Positions 36,919-51,439 of a DNA stretch of 64,000 nt are shown here, piece after piece. Every line of letters begins with the position of its first letter. Position 1 is the first letter of the stretch. The stretch covers positions 70,246,001 through 70,310,000 of the forward strand of contig OX597815.1 in NCBI GenBank assembly GCA_951406725.2. The letters are read 5' to 3'. The translations under genes and the position numbers were made by a program. The notes below the pieces were generated by a model. It did no database searches. It worked only from the letters and a program-made list of their open reading frames with translations, and had not been told where the DNA came from. This DNA comes from Octopus vulgaris. Lineage: Eukaryota.

Positions 36919-39900
36919 ATGGCAAATCTTAGAATCGGTTGCTTGAATGTGAGAGGCCTCGGGTCACCTTGGAAACAGGGTCACCTGTTAAACGACCTGA
37001 GGTTTCATGATGTGGATGTAGCAGCCATCAGTGAAACCAGGCTCTCCGACCCGCAGGAACTCGCAGCCCTTTTCGGCGGATACGAGATATTTCTATCTCC
37101 GTGTCGGCCGGGAGCGGGCGGTGGTGGTACTGCGGTGTTGTTTCGGAAGGGCCTGGACCTGAAAATAAGGACAGTCTTCTTGGATCCGGAAGGTAAGTTG
37201 GTGGTCCTCGACGTCGACGGTAGTGACGGCGGTGCTTTCAGACTGCTGGCTTCCTACGCTCCGACAGGAGCAGGGCAGTCGGATTATTTCAAACGTCTGG
37301 AAGTTTTCCTGGGAACGTCACGCACTCTAGTACTAGTTGGGGATTGGAACGCTGTCTTAGACGAACGTTTCGATCGGGTGGGCAGGGGAGCGTCTGATAG
37401 GAGAGGGGGAGGGTGCAAGAGCCTCGCCAACCTACTCGGCCGCTTTCAGCTGTCCGACAGGTTTCGACTAGACAACCCGAATGTGCCAATGTGGACTTGG
37501 ACAAACCGCATCGGGTCGTCTAGATCGTACTTAGATAGAGTGTTTTGTAGGCCAGCGGATAAGGACAGCGTAGGGTGTCCACAATTCCACCTAGTCGAAT
37601 ATACGGACCACAAATTAGTGATCTGTACGGTCGACTTAGATAGGCTACATAGACAGGGACTCGGCTACTGGAAGCTGAACGCGTCGTTAACGGCGTGCAA
37701 AGCTTACAGAGACCGGATTAGTTTACTAGTTAAGCGGGCGCTCACGGGGGCAATCATCAACAACAACTGGTGGTTTGCCCTCAAGAGAGCAATTAGAGTA
37801 GAGTCGATTAGGTATAGTAAGACTCTAGCTATTGAACGTAGGAAGAGAGAGCGGGATTTAGTTAAGAAACTAGACGAGGCTCTTGACACTGGCATCGCGA
37901 CCGACGTGTTGGCGGCAAGGTTGGCCCTCGACCAACACTTCGACGCCAAACAAGAAGGCTGCGTTGTCAGAGCTAAGGCACGTTCGCTAAGCGGGGGAGG
38001 GGACTAGAGCCGCTCGATGGGCCCGCATGGCGGAGGCGAAGTGAGGCAACAGAGCAACCATTCGGTCTTTGGTGGACCAGAACGGGCGCGAGGTTACCCA
38101 ACCGAAGCAGATGTGTACGGTGCTTCAGCGGCACTTTGCTCAACTGTTTGGGACGAGCGGTGGAACGGACACCAACGGTACAGACTTCGGTATGTACCTG
38201 GACGGCCTACCGCAACTCTCGGACAGCGAGGCAGAGTGCTGCGAAGGACCGATATCTGCCTGGGAAGTACAGGAAGCGATGAAGAGTTGCACGAGAGGTA
38301 GATCGCCGGGTTTGGATGGTCTGCCCTACGAGCTTTACTTTTCAATGCCAGACTTGTTTGCGGACCTGTTGGCAAACGTCTACTGCAACTGGCAGCAAAA
38401 CGGGAGAATTCCTGCTTTTGTCTGTCGAGGGGTGGTGGCTTTGCTAAAGAAGGACCCAAACAAGGGGGACGTTATAGGGAATTTCCGGCCCATCACTCTG
38501 CTCAATGCAGAGTTGAAGATTTTGGCCAAGGTGCTAGCCAAGAGATTGGCGCTTGTCGTGGACAAGCTGGTCGGCGAGACGCAGACATGCGCCGTGCCGA
38601 CCAGGTCGATACACGACAACCTCCATCTCATGCGCTACATCATAGAGAGGGTGGGTAACGACGCTGGCGCGGGTGGGGCTTTGATCAACTTGGATCAGAG
38701 TAAAGCCTTCGATAGGGTCGACCATCGGTACCTGGCAGCTGTCCTCAGGGCAGCCGGCTTCGGTCCAGTCTTCCGCGGGTGGATCGCTGCTTTATACAGC
38801 AACATCTGCTCGGTGATACGGGTGAACGGTCACCTTTCGGAACCGTTTGACATCTCGCGTTCGGTCCGCCAAGGATGCCCTCTCTCCTCCCTCTTGTACA
38901 TTTTGACTCTCGAGCCATTACTGCGCAAGTTGGAGGCTTTGAGGGGTATCCCGCGCGATCTAGGAGGCGGAAACAGCGTGTCTGCTTATGCCGACGACGT
39001 CACCGTGGTGGTGTCGAGCCACAGGCACATTGGCCTGATTGGCGAGACGCTAAACCAGTACGAAGCGGTGACAGGGGCAAAGATTAACGCGGAAAAGTCT
39101 GTGGGCTTGCAACTGGGCACCTGGAGAGGCAAGCCCATGCCGTCCAACAGCGTCGTAGGGCGCTGGACAGACGGACCCGTTAAACTGCTCGGGGTCTGGT
39201 TCGGTCCGGACCTCCAGGTGGATAAGAACTGGGAAGAGGTGACGAGCAGGGTGGCACGTCTCACCCAGAAATGGGCCGAGAGGAAGCTGTCCCTGAAAGG
39301 TCGAGCGGAGGTGGCGAATGCGTACATCGCATCCGTCATCTATTACCGCTTGACCGTCGTCCCTTGTCCCGACCGCTGGTTGGCCAAGCTGGTACGCCTG
39401 CTCTTCGACTTTTTGTGGAAGGGTCAGGTGCCACTGGTCAGGCGATCCATCTGCTGTCAACGACCGCTGAACGGAGGCCTTGGAATGCCGTGGTTGCTGT
39501 TGCGCAGACATGCGCTCAGGCTGCGGCATCTCAAGCGCTTCCTAGACGGTGAACAGGTGTGGTCGTCTTTTGTCAGACGCGATTTTCCGCAGCTCGTCTC
39601 TTTGACGGAGCTGCAGACCTGGATCAAACGTAGACCGAGAAAGGGCGCTTGGCACCTCGAGTGCCGTCAAGCCCTCTCCGCCCTCCGCCAGGCGGGCAAT
39701 GCGGTCGGTTACAGCTCCACATTAGCGTTCTATAGAGGGTTAGTGGAGGAAAAATGCGACGACGTTCTCGGGGAAACTCTAGGCGTTGAAGACGACGAAC
39801 TGAGCGGTCTGTTCGGGAGGACTTTCGGCCCGGGGCCGATGGATAATTTCCAGAGGTCTCTCGCTTGGCAGTGCTACCGAGGGGCTCTGCCTGTTCGAGA

Positions 39901-40354
39901 TAAACTCTACCGGCACGGAAGTGCCGTCAGCCGGGCCTGCCCGAGGTGTTGCCAGGACGACGAAACCGTTCTGCACGCACTCGTCCAGTGCCCGAGTATT
40001 GCTGAAATATGGGTTTATGTCGAACAGCTACTATCACGTATAGGACGGATCCGACTATCGGCCGAATCCATAGTGAAGATTGCCCCGCCGACCTCCTTTA
40101 ACAAGGAGGGCGAGGCCGTTTTCTTGTGCCTAGTGGCTGTGGCGAAAGAGGTCGTGTGGTGGACTCGTTTAAAAGGGCTAAAGACAGACACTTTCCTCTT
40201 TGGTCAAGGCCTCATCAACTTTTTCAAGTTTCACTTGAAAAGGAAGATGAGGTTAGAGAGGAAAGTGCTGTCCGATAGCAAGTTTTATGAAAGGTGGGTG
40301 AATTGTGCGAGACTGGCCTGTATAAATGGACCAGTTCTCAGGTTTCGCCTGTGA
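36919..40354 (+). pseudogene. Tx1 ORF2 (APE endonuclease + RT + C-terminal zinc finger) with two lesions
   Basis: LNVRGL, SET, GDWNA, SYLDR, TDHK; SPGLDG, NFRPITLLN, DQSKAFDRV, VRQGCPLS, YADD; CPRC..ETVLHALVQC. +1 shift in G run 37993-37997 and in-frame TGA at 38042. Confidence 0.93.
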
Positions 40355-40635
40355 TTTCAAAGAAAAAGGTAATGTAAAAGGAGAAGAAAGGGGACTCTCT
40401 ACACCCCCTTTTTTTGACCAGGCTCCCGTTGGCTTTTGTAGGGTTTTTTCCACCAGGAACCTTTCGAGACGTCTCCCCCTTTTGGGAGTTTTTCATTGTT
40501 GAATTTTATAAGTTGTTATAAAGATTTTTACTCGATGTTTTTAAAAAACGGCAAAACCCTTTGTAACCTTTCGTCCTGTCTTGTCCCTTTATGTAATCAT
40601 GCGTGTCAGCCCTTGTGGCCAATAAAAAAGAATTG

Positions 40636-40691
<56 letters not shown>

Positions 40692-40732
40692 CAGCAGCAG
40701 TAGCAGTAGCAGTAGTAGTAGCAGCAACAGCA

Positions 40733-40812
<80 letters not shown>

Positions 40813-41031
40813 TACAACAATTGTAATCTGTAAGAGTTGTACACTTTCACAACAGCTGAAATATTTGCAACAGTACACATGCCGCCGCCAACATGATCAT
40901 CATCATCGTCGTCGTCGTCATCATCTTCATTAATATCAGCTGCAATCACAATAACAATAGCAGTCAAAACAGCAGCTGCAATAACAACAACAACAACAAT
41001 AACACATTAACAGTCGCGAGTAGTAACTGTA

Positions 41032-41067
<36 letters not shown>

Positions 41068-41565
41068 GTGTGTGCGTGTGTGTGTGTGTGTGTGTATACA
41101 TGCATACACGTACAGCCTATGTATATGTACGAGCGTGCAAATATATTTGAATATATATTGATACATCTACACATACACACACATACAAAGACACACACAC
41201 ACACATATATACACACATACATCGTACATAAATGTATGTGTGTATACAGACGCACACACACACACATACGCATAGTTATACATATATACCCATACATAAG
41301 GAGAAATAAAAAAGAAAGAAAGCAAATAGAAAAGGTAATGAAGGACAGAGAAAGACAAAGATAAATAGGCTAATATGTTGTTAGAGATAGAAAGGCGGGA
41401 GGGAGAGATAATTGAGAATGGAAAGGACTTGTAAATCTAATGAGTTACTTAATAGTACATGTATAAATATTACAGTAATATGACAGGTTGGACAGTTGGT
41501 ATTATATTTGAGGTTGTGCGGTGGTGAGCCGAGTGAACGAATAGAGAGAAGAGGATTAGAGGAAG

Positions 41566-41668
<103 letters not shown>

Positions 41669-42004
41669 AGTTAAAGGACTTGACACGTCTGTCGTGGAGT
41701 AATATGTAGGTATAAGAAATTAGAAGGACGGAAATGTTTATGGCAGACATGCTGATCAAGAACGGCCTATTCAGCCATTTTGAATTTTTATATTTGTTTT
41801 TGTATTAGATGTATGCACAAATTTTTATATTTGTTTTTGTATTAGATGTATGCACAGATTTTTATATTTGTTTTTGTATTAGATGTATGCGCGCGCATAG
41901 CCTTTGACTGTCGGATAAACGCCGTGCACTCAAGTTTGACTTTTTTGTATCCAAAAGTGTTTTTGCAACCCAATATTTATATGCTGTTATCTATGATTTT
42001 TATA

Positions 42005-42212
42005 AAGGCAGAGAATTGGAAAAATCGTTAGCAATGCTTAGTGGCATTTCGTCAGCCTAGGTTTCAAGTTCAAATTTCACCGAGGTCGACTTTGTCTTTC
42101 ATCCTTTCGGAGTCGGTGAAAAGAGTGCCAGTCGCATACTGTGTTCGATGTAATCGACTAGCAACGTCCCCCAAAATTTCAGGTTTTGTGCATGTTGTAG
42201 ACGAAATTATTT
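42005..42212 (+). mobile_element. SINE family B copy
   Basis: gttcaaatttcaccgaggtcgactttgtctttcatcctttcggagtcg..gatgtaatcgact. Confidence 0.75.
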
Positions 42213-42249
42213 ATAGTTTTATGTGCTTCGACATCCACAGTATATATGA

Positions 42250-42339
<90 letters not shown>

Positions 42340-42341
<2 letters not shown>

Positions 42342-42546
42342 ATGTGTTTGTCCCCTCATCACCACTTGACAACCGGTGTTGGTGTGTTTACGTCCCCGCA
42401 ACTTAGCGGTTCGGCAAAGAACCGATAGAATAAGTACTAGTCTTAAGAAATAAGTCCTGAGGTCGATTTGTTCGATTAAAACACTTGAAGGTGGTGCTCC
42501 AGCATGGCTGCAGCCAAATGACTGAAACAAGTAGAAGAGTAAAAGG
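42340..42546 (+). mobile_element. SINE family A, 3' half
   Basis: ttgacaaccggtgttggtgtgtttacgtcccc..gtgctccagcatggc..gactgaaacaagta. Confidence 0.85.
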
Positions 42547-42709
42547 ATATATATATAATAAATAATAAATAATATATACATATTTATTTGAACGCGGCGC
42601 ATCAAATTTCCTGCATTTAAATTGATGTAACGATTGCTTTGTTCAATTAAATGGCGTCGCTTGAAACGATCGTGCTGCATCACCTCTGGATATCCTGTTG
42701 CTTATTTTG

Positions 42710-42829
<120 letters not shown>

Positions 42830-42832
42830 AAT

Positions 42833-42875
42833 TCTCGACCGGTGTTTTCGGACGATTACAGTCTCTATCAGTGCT
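42833..42875 (-). ncRNA. Degenerate hammerhead-like motif adjacent to (TA)n
   Basis: Minus strand: CTGATAGA-GAC-tgtaatc-GTC-C-GAAAAC-ACCG-GTC; stem I poor. Confidence 0.35.
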
Positions 42876-43006
42876 TCCACTACAACATTAGACCATTTTA
42901 GCTCTTATTTCAAGCAATGTAGGTGTTGTAACACCCTAGTCATATTTAGAGACAATTATAGTTTTCCTTTATTGTAACATATTGTACACTGCTGTCTATA
43001 GTAATT

Positions 43007-43056
<50 letters not shown>

Positions 43057-43581
43057 CAAAATATATGGAACAATAGCCCATAAAATTAATTTTTACTTTT
43101 CAAAATGAAACAAAACTAGCAGTATGATGGAAAATAATGCTTATTTCGATATACTTCTACTTCATATTTAAAAACTGTTCTCTAATTTTTTTATATTTAC
43201 AAATCGGTGATCAGATGCTCAAAATTTATCTTAGGTAATACATAAGTGCCTCTACACTTTGTAGAGATAAGGTATCCCGAATATCATTTTAGTAATTTTA
43301 ATGTGATTTCTTTTGTGCCGTAAACCATTTACCATTTCTGTGGTGCACCCCTTCCCACTTTCCCTTGATGCCCTAAGCACGTGCTTATTTAGCATAATGG
43401 TTAATCCAGCGCTGATAGGCCTCCCATTATATACAATGAGAAGTCGTTTCCTGCCATGATATTGTACTGCGATGATCGATTTCCACGTTGAAGTGTGCTG
43501 GAATGTGGTAAGAATGTATATACATAACAATGTATGTATGTATGTATGTATGTATGTATGTATGTATGTATGTATGTATGT

Positions 43582-43620
<39 letters not shown>

Positions 43621-43714
43621 TGCCCTCGCACTCACACACACACACATATAAATGTAAGATCCAGGGGTCGAGGTGAAGGAAGAAAGTTAACTTCAAGCAA
43701 ACTGTAATAAATAT

Positions 43715-45160
43715 AAACCACTACCCCTCCGTCCAAAAATCCATTGCGGAAAGTGTTTCCTACCGGATTTCCTCACTATCTGCTAATAAGAATTTATTCG
43801 ATCAATATGCTGAATATTACAATTGTGCCCTACAACGTGCCGGATATAAAAATTCTATCGAATACATCCCCATGTGGGATATTCCTCTCTCCATTTCTGC
43901 ACCCCTATATAGTAAATGTAAAATCTCCCCGTCCTACCCCTTCAATACCCGTCCAAATTTCAGAATAAGAGACGACTTAACAAACAACCCTCCTACCAGA
44001 TGATCCCAAATCCTATATACATCACAACTCACCGAAACAGACACCAGCGTACACCTCTAAAACCCTATCCCCACCCAGTTAACCCCTCTAATCGAATCAA
44101 ACGAACTAGAACCCGGAACGTTATCTAGTTCCGCCACCTCCGTTTCGCCCTTAATGTTCAGACTCGAGTACCTAAACTCTTCTTCATCCAACCCGATAAG
44201 TATTTCTCTGAATCCTAGCCCCAGAAAAATATTTAAGCCCCAATCTATAAAATCGTCCTACTCCACTACCACCAACCTTGTCGTTATCCGACACCTTAAC
44301 AACATGAAACTCAAAAATACGCAACCAACTAATCTCCACCCTAATGAATTAACTCAACATAACTCCTCACTTCCATACATATAAACCCAAAATACCAAAT
44401 GGCACCCTTAACAATACTAACATTCATACTCCAAGTATAATTCCACTACTAACACCCGACACTTAAATTTACCACAACGCCCAACTACACCTCTTGTAAA
44501 AATAGAGAACGACACAGAAAATACCACCGGGCACAATAATTATCACATTACACAACCCCCAACTCCTTAAATACTAATTTTAACGCCAGCAATAATAACG
44601 AACCCAACTCCGGTTCCTCACTAAATAGCAATCTCCACAAAAGCTCATCCTACAAACCAATGCAGCTGCTGCAGATGCCCAACCTCCTGTCCTTTAGATA
44701 GCCGCTGTCTCAAAGAAGGCATCGTTTATAAGTGTACAGTATCAACTGCCAACTGTAACTACACATATATTGGCTCATGTAGCACCACCTTCAAAGCTAG
44801 AGTGAGCAGCCACTACTCGAGTTTCAAGTCCCAGACAAAATCCAACAATACATCATTATCTCAGTTGAATCAACTAAAGTTTGATTCAACTCCTTACACT
44901 CGCAAATGGTCCATAGTCACCCACGCCAAACCATATAGCAGCTATAACAAATGTAATCTCTTCATAGCCGAGGTCTTGACTATTTTGCAATCCACGGATT
45001 GTCTTAATGAACGCAGCAGTATAATTTTTACCTGCAAACATCGGTCATTAAATCTATTCTCAATCTATACAATCTTTGCCTGGATATTTACCACTTCTGA
45101 GGTTCCGCTCGCTATGAAACATATGTAGGCCGGATCTTATCTACTCCATTCCGTAACTCT
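43715..45160 (+). mobile_element. Naiad-type Penelope-like element, 3' part (RT thumb, GIY-YIG, pLTR)
   Basis: NHYPSVQKSIAESVSYRISSLSAN..YYNCALQRAGY; RTRNVI*F; KIF..IKSSYS; CSC..CPLDSRCLKEGIVYKC..YTYIGSCSTTFKARVSSH; CNL..E..LNER..CKH; GAAACATATGTA at 45116; ends in (TA)n. Confidence 0.85.
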
Positions 45161-45166
45161 TGTGTG

Positions 45167-45209
<43 letters not shown>

Positions 45210-45314
45210 GAGAATGCCTTTGCTGTTATGTAATGATGTAATAAAGTATTGATTGGGTATTATCTGATGGTTGATGTTTGATTGATTTAAGTATGTTTCT
45301 CCATTTTCTAATTT

Positions 45315-45349
<35 letters not shown>

Positions 45350-45783
45350 TATAAAGCCTTTCTTTAGGATAGAATATACTTCAGCAATTATTCATTGCTA
45401 ATACTTTACTCAGCTCAAATGTGATCCACGTTTAAGCATTCCTAATATTTCTGGAACAGATATTCTGTCACACACACAAACACCAGAAACTACATCTCCC
45501 TTCCAAAATGGCCGAAGAGTTACAACTACTAGCACTACATACTGTTTTTCCCTCTTTCTTTTCTTTTTATATTGCTTACTTCAATGGCCCCCTGTATTTT
45601 CAGGTGATGAATCTAGGTGTTAATGAAGAAATATGAACCACATGCCGGTGAAGTTGATTAAAAATGAATGAACAAACTTTTGTGAGCAGATGTCCTACTG
45701 GAGTTGGTGTATAAGTTATAATACTCTGTGTGTGTGCGCATGCATATAAATATATCTGTATGTGCGCGCCCGTGCATGTAAGA

Positions 45784-45851
<68 letters not shown>

Positions 45852-46344
45852 TATATATTATATATATACGCGCATAGATACACAAATATATGTTGCATGT
45901 CTCGTTTCTCTGTTAGCTTTTTTCGTTGTTCGAAAAAAAGTTCGTTTCTATGTTTTTGTTTTTATGTTTTCGTTTCTCATTGTGTTTAAGGTGTTTTTTT
46001 TATGTCCTCTACCCATATATGCATGTATATATACATATATATGTAGGTATGTACATATATGTATGCATATATTTATATATTATTTGTATGTATGTATGTA
46101 TTTATATATTAATCAATGAAATTCCATCGTAGTCTGATTTCCACGTTTCATTATTTACAATATTATAATAATGGAATATTATATATTTATTGTGATAAAG
46201 TTAATACTTCCATACGTTACACAATCATCAGGTTTATGTGGTAGTAGTAGTAGTAACGGTCGTGTTCCACAACTGACAACTCTAGTGAAATGATTAAATT
46301 TGTCCTTTAAGTACCTTTCCGATAGGCTACAGCAGGCTGAATCT

Positions 46345-46555
46345 TGCGAACCAATCAGTATGTGGCTTAAATATCATGGTTTGGTCAGAGCCAACTAAAT
46401 TCGAACTATATTTTGATCAATCAGTATGTGACTTAGATGTCACGGTTTGGTTAGTGTGCCAACTTGTTTAGCATTTATCCCGTTTTTTTACAACGAAATA
46501 TTTTAGCCAATTGGTGTGCGGCTTAGACGTCACGGTTTGGTGGGCACGTCAAGGA
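46345..46555 (+). repeat. Three degenerate tandem units with CCAAT-like boxes
   Basis: ccaatcagtatgtggcttaRaYRtcaYggtttggt at ~46351, 46417 and 46507. Confidence 0.7.
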
Positions 46556-46773
46556 TTCTTTATTTTGACCGAACCTAAAGAAATAATTGTTTTGCTATAT
46601 GTAGGAATGTTGTAAACAACATTCCTGTTTTCATTGAATTCTATTGTTACTATTCCGACAATTTTCTAGAAATTTTACATTTCAATCACGCCATTGTTGA
46701 TATGGCTAACATTACCACCATCATCACCATCGCTTTTATTATTGTTGTTAGTGGTGGTGGTGGTGGTGGTAGT

Positions 46774-46867
<94 letters not shown>

Positions 46868-46883
46868 GCATCATCATCATCAG

Positions 46884-46963
<80 letters not shown>

Positions 46964-46964
46964 G

Positions 46965-47104
<140 letters not shown>

Positions 47105-47111
47105 ACATCAA

Positions 47112-47201
<90 letters not shown>

Positions 47202-47206
47202 TTAAA

Positions 47207-47425
47207 GGCGACAAGCTGGCAGAATCATTAGCACACTGGACAAAATGCTTAGAGGTATTTCGGCCGTCGCTACATTCTGAGTTCAAATTCTCTGTGGTCG
47301 ACTTTGCCTTTCATCTTTTCGGGGTCGGTAAATTAAGTACCAGCGAAGCACTAGAGTCGATGTATTCGACTAGTCCCCTCTCCACAAAATTTCAAGGCTT
47401 TGTGCCTTCAGTAGGAAAGATTATT
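47207..47425 (+). mobile_element. SINE family B copy
   Basis: ggcgacaagctggcagaatcattagc..gagttcaaatt..gcctttcatcttttcggggtcggtaaattaagtaccag. Confidence 0.85.
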
Positions 47426-47467
47426 ATCTTCATTACAACTATCACTGTTACTCTAACTATTATTATT

Positions 47468-48430
47468 ATATCCATTTAAGACGGGTTTGAATTTATCAAT
47501 AAAATTCTTTTCTCTGAGTTTTCTCTCGACTTCACTTAAGTTGTATAGTTTGTAGAATGGGAATATTATAAACATTTTCAGACTACATGTTGTCAGATGG
47601 TAGCTTAATGAGATTTGACGCACATCAGGATCCCTGATTTGTTGTCGGTGCACACATGGACTTTCCGATAATGCATTGCCAGTCTGACCAACGTAGATCG
47701 CTTCACAATTCGGGAATTTGATGCAGTAAATAAAACTTCTGCTTTTGCAGTTCATATTTGCATTTGCAAATATTCTCCCAGTTTTTGTGTTCATATATTG
47801 ACCGGTATGTATGAACTGACATTTACTATATCGATTATCATTGCATTTAGATACAATGAATAATTCGTCGTTGTTGATTAGGTTAAGCTTTGCCTTTGTT
47901 AATAATTGTTTCAAGTTTTTCTGTTATCTTCTTACTTAGAACCATAGCTCGATCTGAGGTTATATCCTTTAATTCATTATTTTGAGCAATGATCGCCAAG
48001 TTTGCTAAAGCTATTTTGGTGACATGGACTGTCACTATATGACCTGTTCTTGTTTTCCTCTCTATTGGGTTTCCCTAAGTTGTTGTATGAGTATTTCTAT
48101 AGCACACTGTATACCATTTTGTATAGGTAGAGATGGATATTCTTGTTTGAATAGAAATTCTTTGAATTCTCTTAGGCGTTTGTCTCTGGTATTCACATCT
48201 TCCACAATGGTACAAAACTTCCGGGCTAGGCAGTATGGGATATTGCGTTTTGCATGTGCTGGATGGCACGATTTAAAGTTCAGGTATTGATGCGTGTCTG
48301 TGTTTGTAATGTATATCATTGGTGATGCTGGTATCACTTTTAATGACCATTATGTCTAAAAATGGTAATCTGGTACTACTCATCTCTTTTGTAAGTTGGA
48401 GAGCTGGATGTAGATTGTTCAGGAGGATCA
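47468..48430 (-). mobile_element. Neptune-type Penelope-like element fragment (RT C-terminus + GIY-YIG)
   Basis: LPFLDI; TDTHQYLNFKSCHPAHAKRNIPYCLAR; KC..R..KC; NCKSRSFIYCIKFPNCEAIYVGQTG; REKNFIDKFKPVLN. Confidence 0.88.
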
Positions 48431-48635
48431 GTGGAGAGCCACAGATATCAAAAGAACATCGCAGTTTTAAACATCATGCACTTTTACCAATATAATTTAT
48501 ACATTTTACTCCTCGTGTCTTTTCCTTCAAACCATTGACGCCATTATCATCATATATCTAACAAGAAAACAAAAACAGAACTAATAAACAAACAAGATGC
48601 TACTTTTGTAATCATTATTATTGAGGGTTTGAAAG

Positions 48636-48862
48636 GGCGGCGAGTGGGCAGAATCGTTAGCGCACCGGACAAAATGCTTGGCAGCATTTCCTCCAGATTT
48701 ACATTTCGTGTTAAAATTCCGCCGAGGTTCTAGTTGTCCTTAATTATTTCGGGGTCGATAAAATAAGTACCAGTCGAGCACAGGGATCGATGTAATCGAC
48801 TAGCCCCCTTCGTGAAAATTTTCGGTCTTGCATGAATACCATATAGTAGAAAAAATTATTAT
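48636..48862 (+). mobile_element. SINE family B copy
   Basis: ggcggcgagtgggcagaatcgttagc..ttcggggtcgataaaataagtaccag. Confidence 0.85.
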
Positions 48863-49289
48863 TGAAGGTGGAGAGGAAAATACTCTCTTCCAGTGAATTT
48901 GCCAAAAGGTGGGAAACTGTGGCAAAATGGTTAGGATAAAGGACTTCCTCTAAACATGCGCTTGTAGATTGGTGAACAACAGTTGGGCAAGAGCTCGTAC
49001 CTTTGGTGGCCAGGGTAACCCTGTATATGTGGGGGTCCTTGATTGGTCTATCAGGAGGATTGCATCGTTCATGGGTTCACATACCTTGTATATTTTGTAT
49101 ACTTTACGTCTTCTCAAACTCATTCCCTTTCTTCCCCTCATCTTTTATGTAAACCCCAACACACATTGTAAACTGCCTCAGTAATATCCCTTCATCCATG
49201 CATCTGTGGCAAATATAAGAAATCGGCTATCCACACCAAGGTTTCATTAGCAGAGTGAGCCGGCTTGGCGCTCGATACCAGGGTTTTAT

Positions 49290-50760
49290 CAGGAGAGAGC
49301 AAAACTTGGCTAACACAACAGACTGCTACTAAGTATCCTGAGCAGTCGAAAAAAATGATTACTGAAAAGGGCTACATACGAGAGCAAGTATACAATGTTA
49401 TTGAAATGGTACTTTTCTGAAAGCGCATGCTTGCTAGAACTTTTATTTGTCTACAACAAAAATCTACACCAGGATTTAAAGCTTCCAAAAATCGTCAGAC
49501 ACTTCTTTTGAGAGGAAATGCCGCTCCAAATATACAAGGGCTTTCAAGGGTTACACAAAGTTTAATCTACTTCAGATTTAGCGTTCAAATAATAAGACAT
49601 TTCCCCACTAACGTAGAAAAGTACAGTACCAGACATAATATTTCCAACAAAGCGTTGCTTCTTTTAGACAATGCACCGGACCTTCCAGCAAATTTAGATT
49701 AGCTTTCTGATAACGTGAGAGTAGAATATATCCCCAAGAATACAGCTTCTTTGCTCCAGCCAATGGATTAAGGTATGATAGTTAACTTAAGGCATATTAT
49801 ATGAGAACTTTCAAACAACTTATAAAAGCAATTGACAGGGAGGATAAACCTACAGATACAGATTTCTGGAAGAAATTCAACACAATGGATGCTGTGGATA
49901 ATATAGCTGAGGCATGGGATGAAGTAAAACCTTCAATTTTGAATAGTACTTGGGAAAAAATATGGGCAGGCTGTGTCCGTGATATTATAAGTTTTCCTCA
50001 AGCAGAAAGACTTCATCAAATAGGAAAAGATATTGTGACAGTTGTAAAGGAAGTAGGATTTGAAGAATTCATGGAGGATGATGTGATTGAGTTGCTACTG
50101 TCCCACACAGAAAGTTTATCTGATACTGTAAGAAAAATAACAAACTGAGAATATGGACAAGACAACAGAAGTTCCACCTACACCATTTAAATTGACTACA
50201 AAATTATTGCTAAAGAGTTGGCACTTATAGAGGAAGGTCTGCAGGTTTTTGCCGATAATGATCCCAATCGTGAACATAACATAAATATTACAAGAGGAGT
50301 TTACAATTTACTTAGTTTCTATATTAAGCTGTACAAAGAGGTTGATGCGTCATAAACAACAAACGACTGGTAAATATTGTACAATAGTAAATATTGTCCC
50401 TCATCCTTCTAGTAACGCTCATTCCAACACGACCCCTGACACAGTAGTCAAAATATTTTGTGGCAAGAACATACTCTTATGATATTTCAATTCTTATTTA
50501 TTCCCTAACTGATTCCTCATGAAATGATTTTGTGTTTTTATGTATCTATATTGTACTGTGTAAGTTTACAATTTGATATTTCCATGTGCAAAGGCGATCT
50601 TGTTGTTTGTTGCCTTGTTTTCTTGTGCTTTCTTTTTCGAAAAAGTCAGTAAGAATGCAATCTCCCTTGATAACATGAAAATCAATAGGAAAAATAATTT
50701 CGCCTGAGAGAATTTCGCGTTACGGCCAGATTCTCAGGAACGCATTAGAGAGGGATTCTT
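49290..50760 (+). mobile_element. Tigger/pogo DNA transposon remnant (TIGD1-like transposase pseudogene)
   Basis: EQVYNVIE..KRM..RTFI..PGFKASKNR.TLLL.GNA; LLLLDNAP; PKNTASLLQPMD*G; FWKKFN..AWDEV; Tigger-like 3' end near 50700-50760. Confidence 0.85.
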
Positions 50761-50831
50761 CTCTCTGTCTTTGTCTTTCTGTCTGTCTGTCTTTTTCTCC
50801 CTCTCTCTCCCACTCTCTCCCTCTCCCTCCC

Positions 50832-50882
<51 letters not shown>

Positions 50883-50902
50883 GTATGTGTATTTTTTCAA
50901 TG

Positions 50903-51147
50903 TGTACAAAAAGCTCGGAAAAAAAAAAAAAATAGTTACCAGGGTAGCAAAAATTCACACGAGTGCCAAGGAAATTACAGCCTACTTGAGTTAAGTGAAA
51001 CGTTTTGTAAAACATTGATAAATTAAGAAATGGAGTCAAACTCAATTCTTATTCAAATGATATGTGTGTGTGTGTGTATATATATGCATTTTCAAACCTT
51101 CTTTCGTATATAATTCCACTCGTGCGGTACCCCACAACTCCACTTTG

Positions 51148-51200
<53 letters not shown>

Positions 51201-51439
51201 AAGTGGAGTTGTGGGGTACCGCACGAGTGGAATTATATACGAAAGAAGGTTTGAAAATGCATATATATATACACACACACACATATCATTTGAATAAGAA
51301 TTGAGTTTGACTCCATTTCTTAATTTATCAATGTTTTACAAAACGTTTCACTTAACTCAAGTAGGCTGTAATTTCCTTGGCACTCGTGTGAATTTTTGCT
51401 ACCCTGGTAACTATTTATTATTTTTTTCCGAGTTTTTTG

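Larger units (their letters stand above)
35106..40634 (+). mobile_element. Near full-length Tx1/L1-clade non-LTR retrotransposon
   Basis: 5' UTR, ORF1 with CCHC knuckle, ORF2 APE-RT-zinc finger, 3' UTR ending AATAAAAAAGAATTG then (ATT)n. Confidence 0.95.

Noticed and set aside
38042-38044. In-frame TGA as selenocysteine or readthrough
   Set aside because: Context fits CGA-to-TGA CpG decay in a linker; no SECIS-like element recognised.
35992-39976. Antisense ORFs over the Tx1 element
   Set aside because: Shadows of A/C-rich and GC-rich coding sequence with no recognisable motifs.
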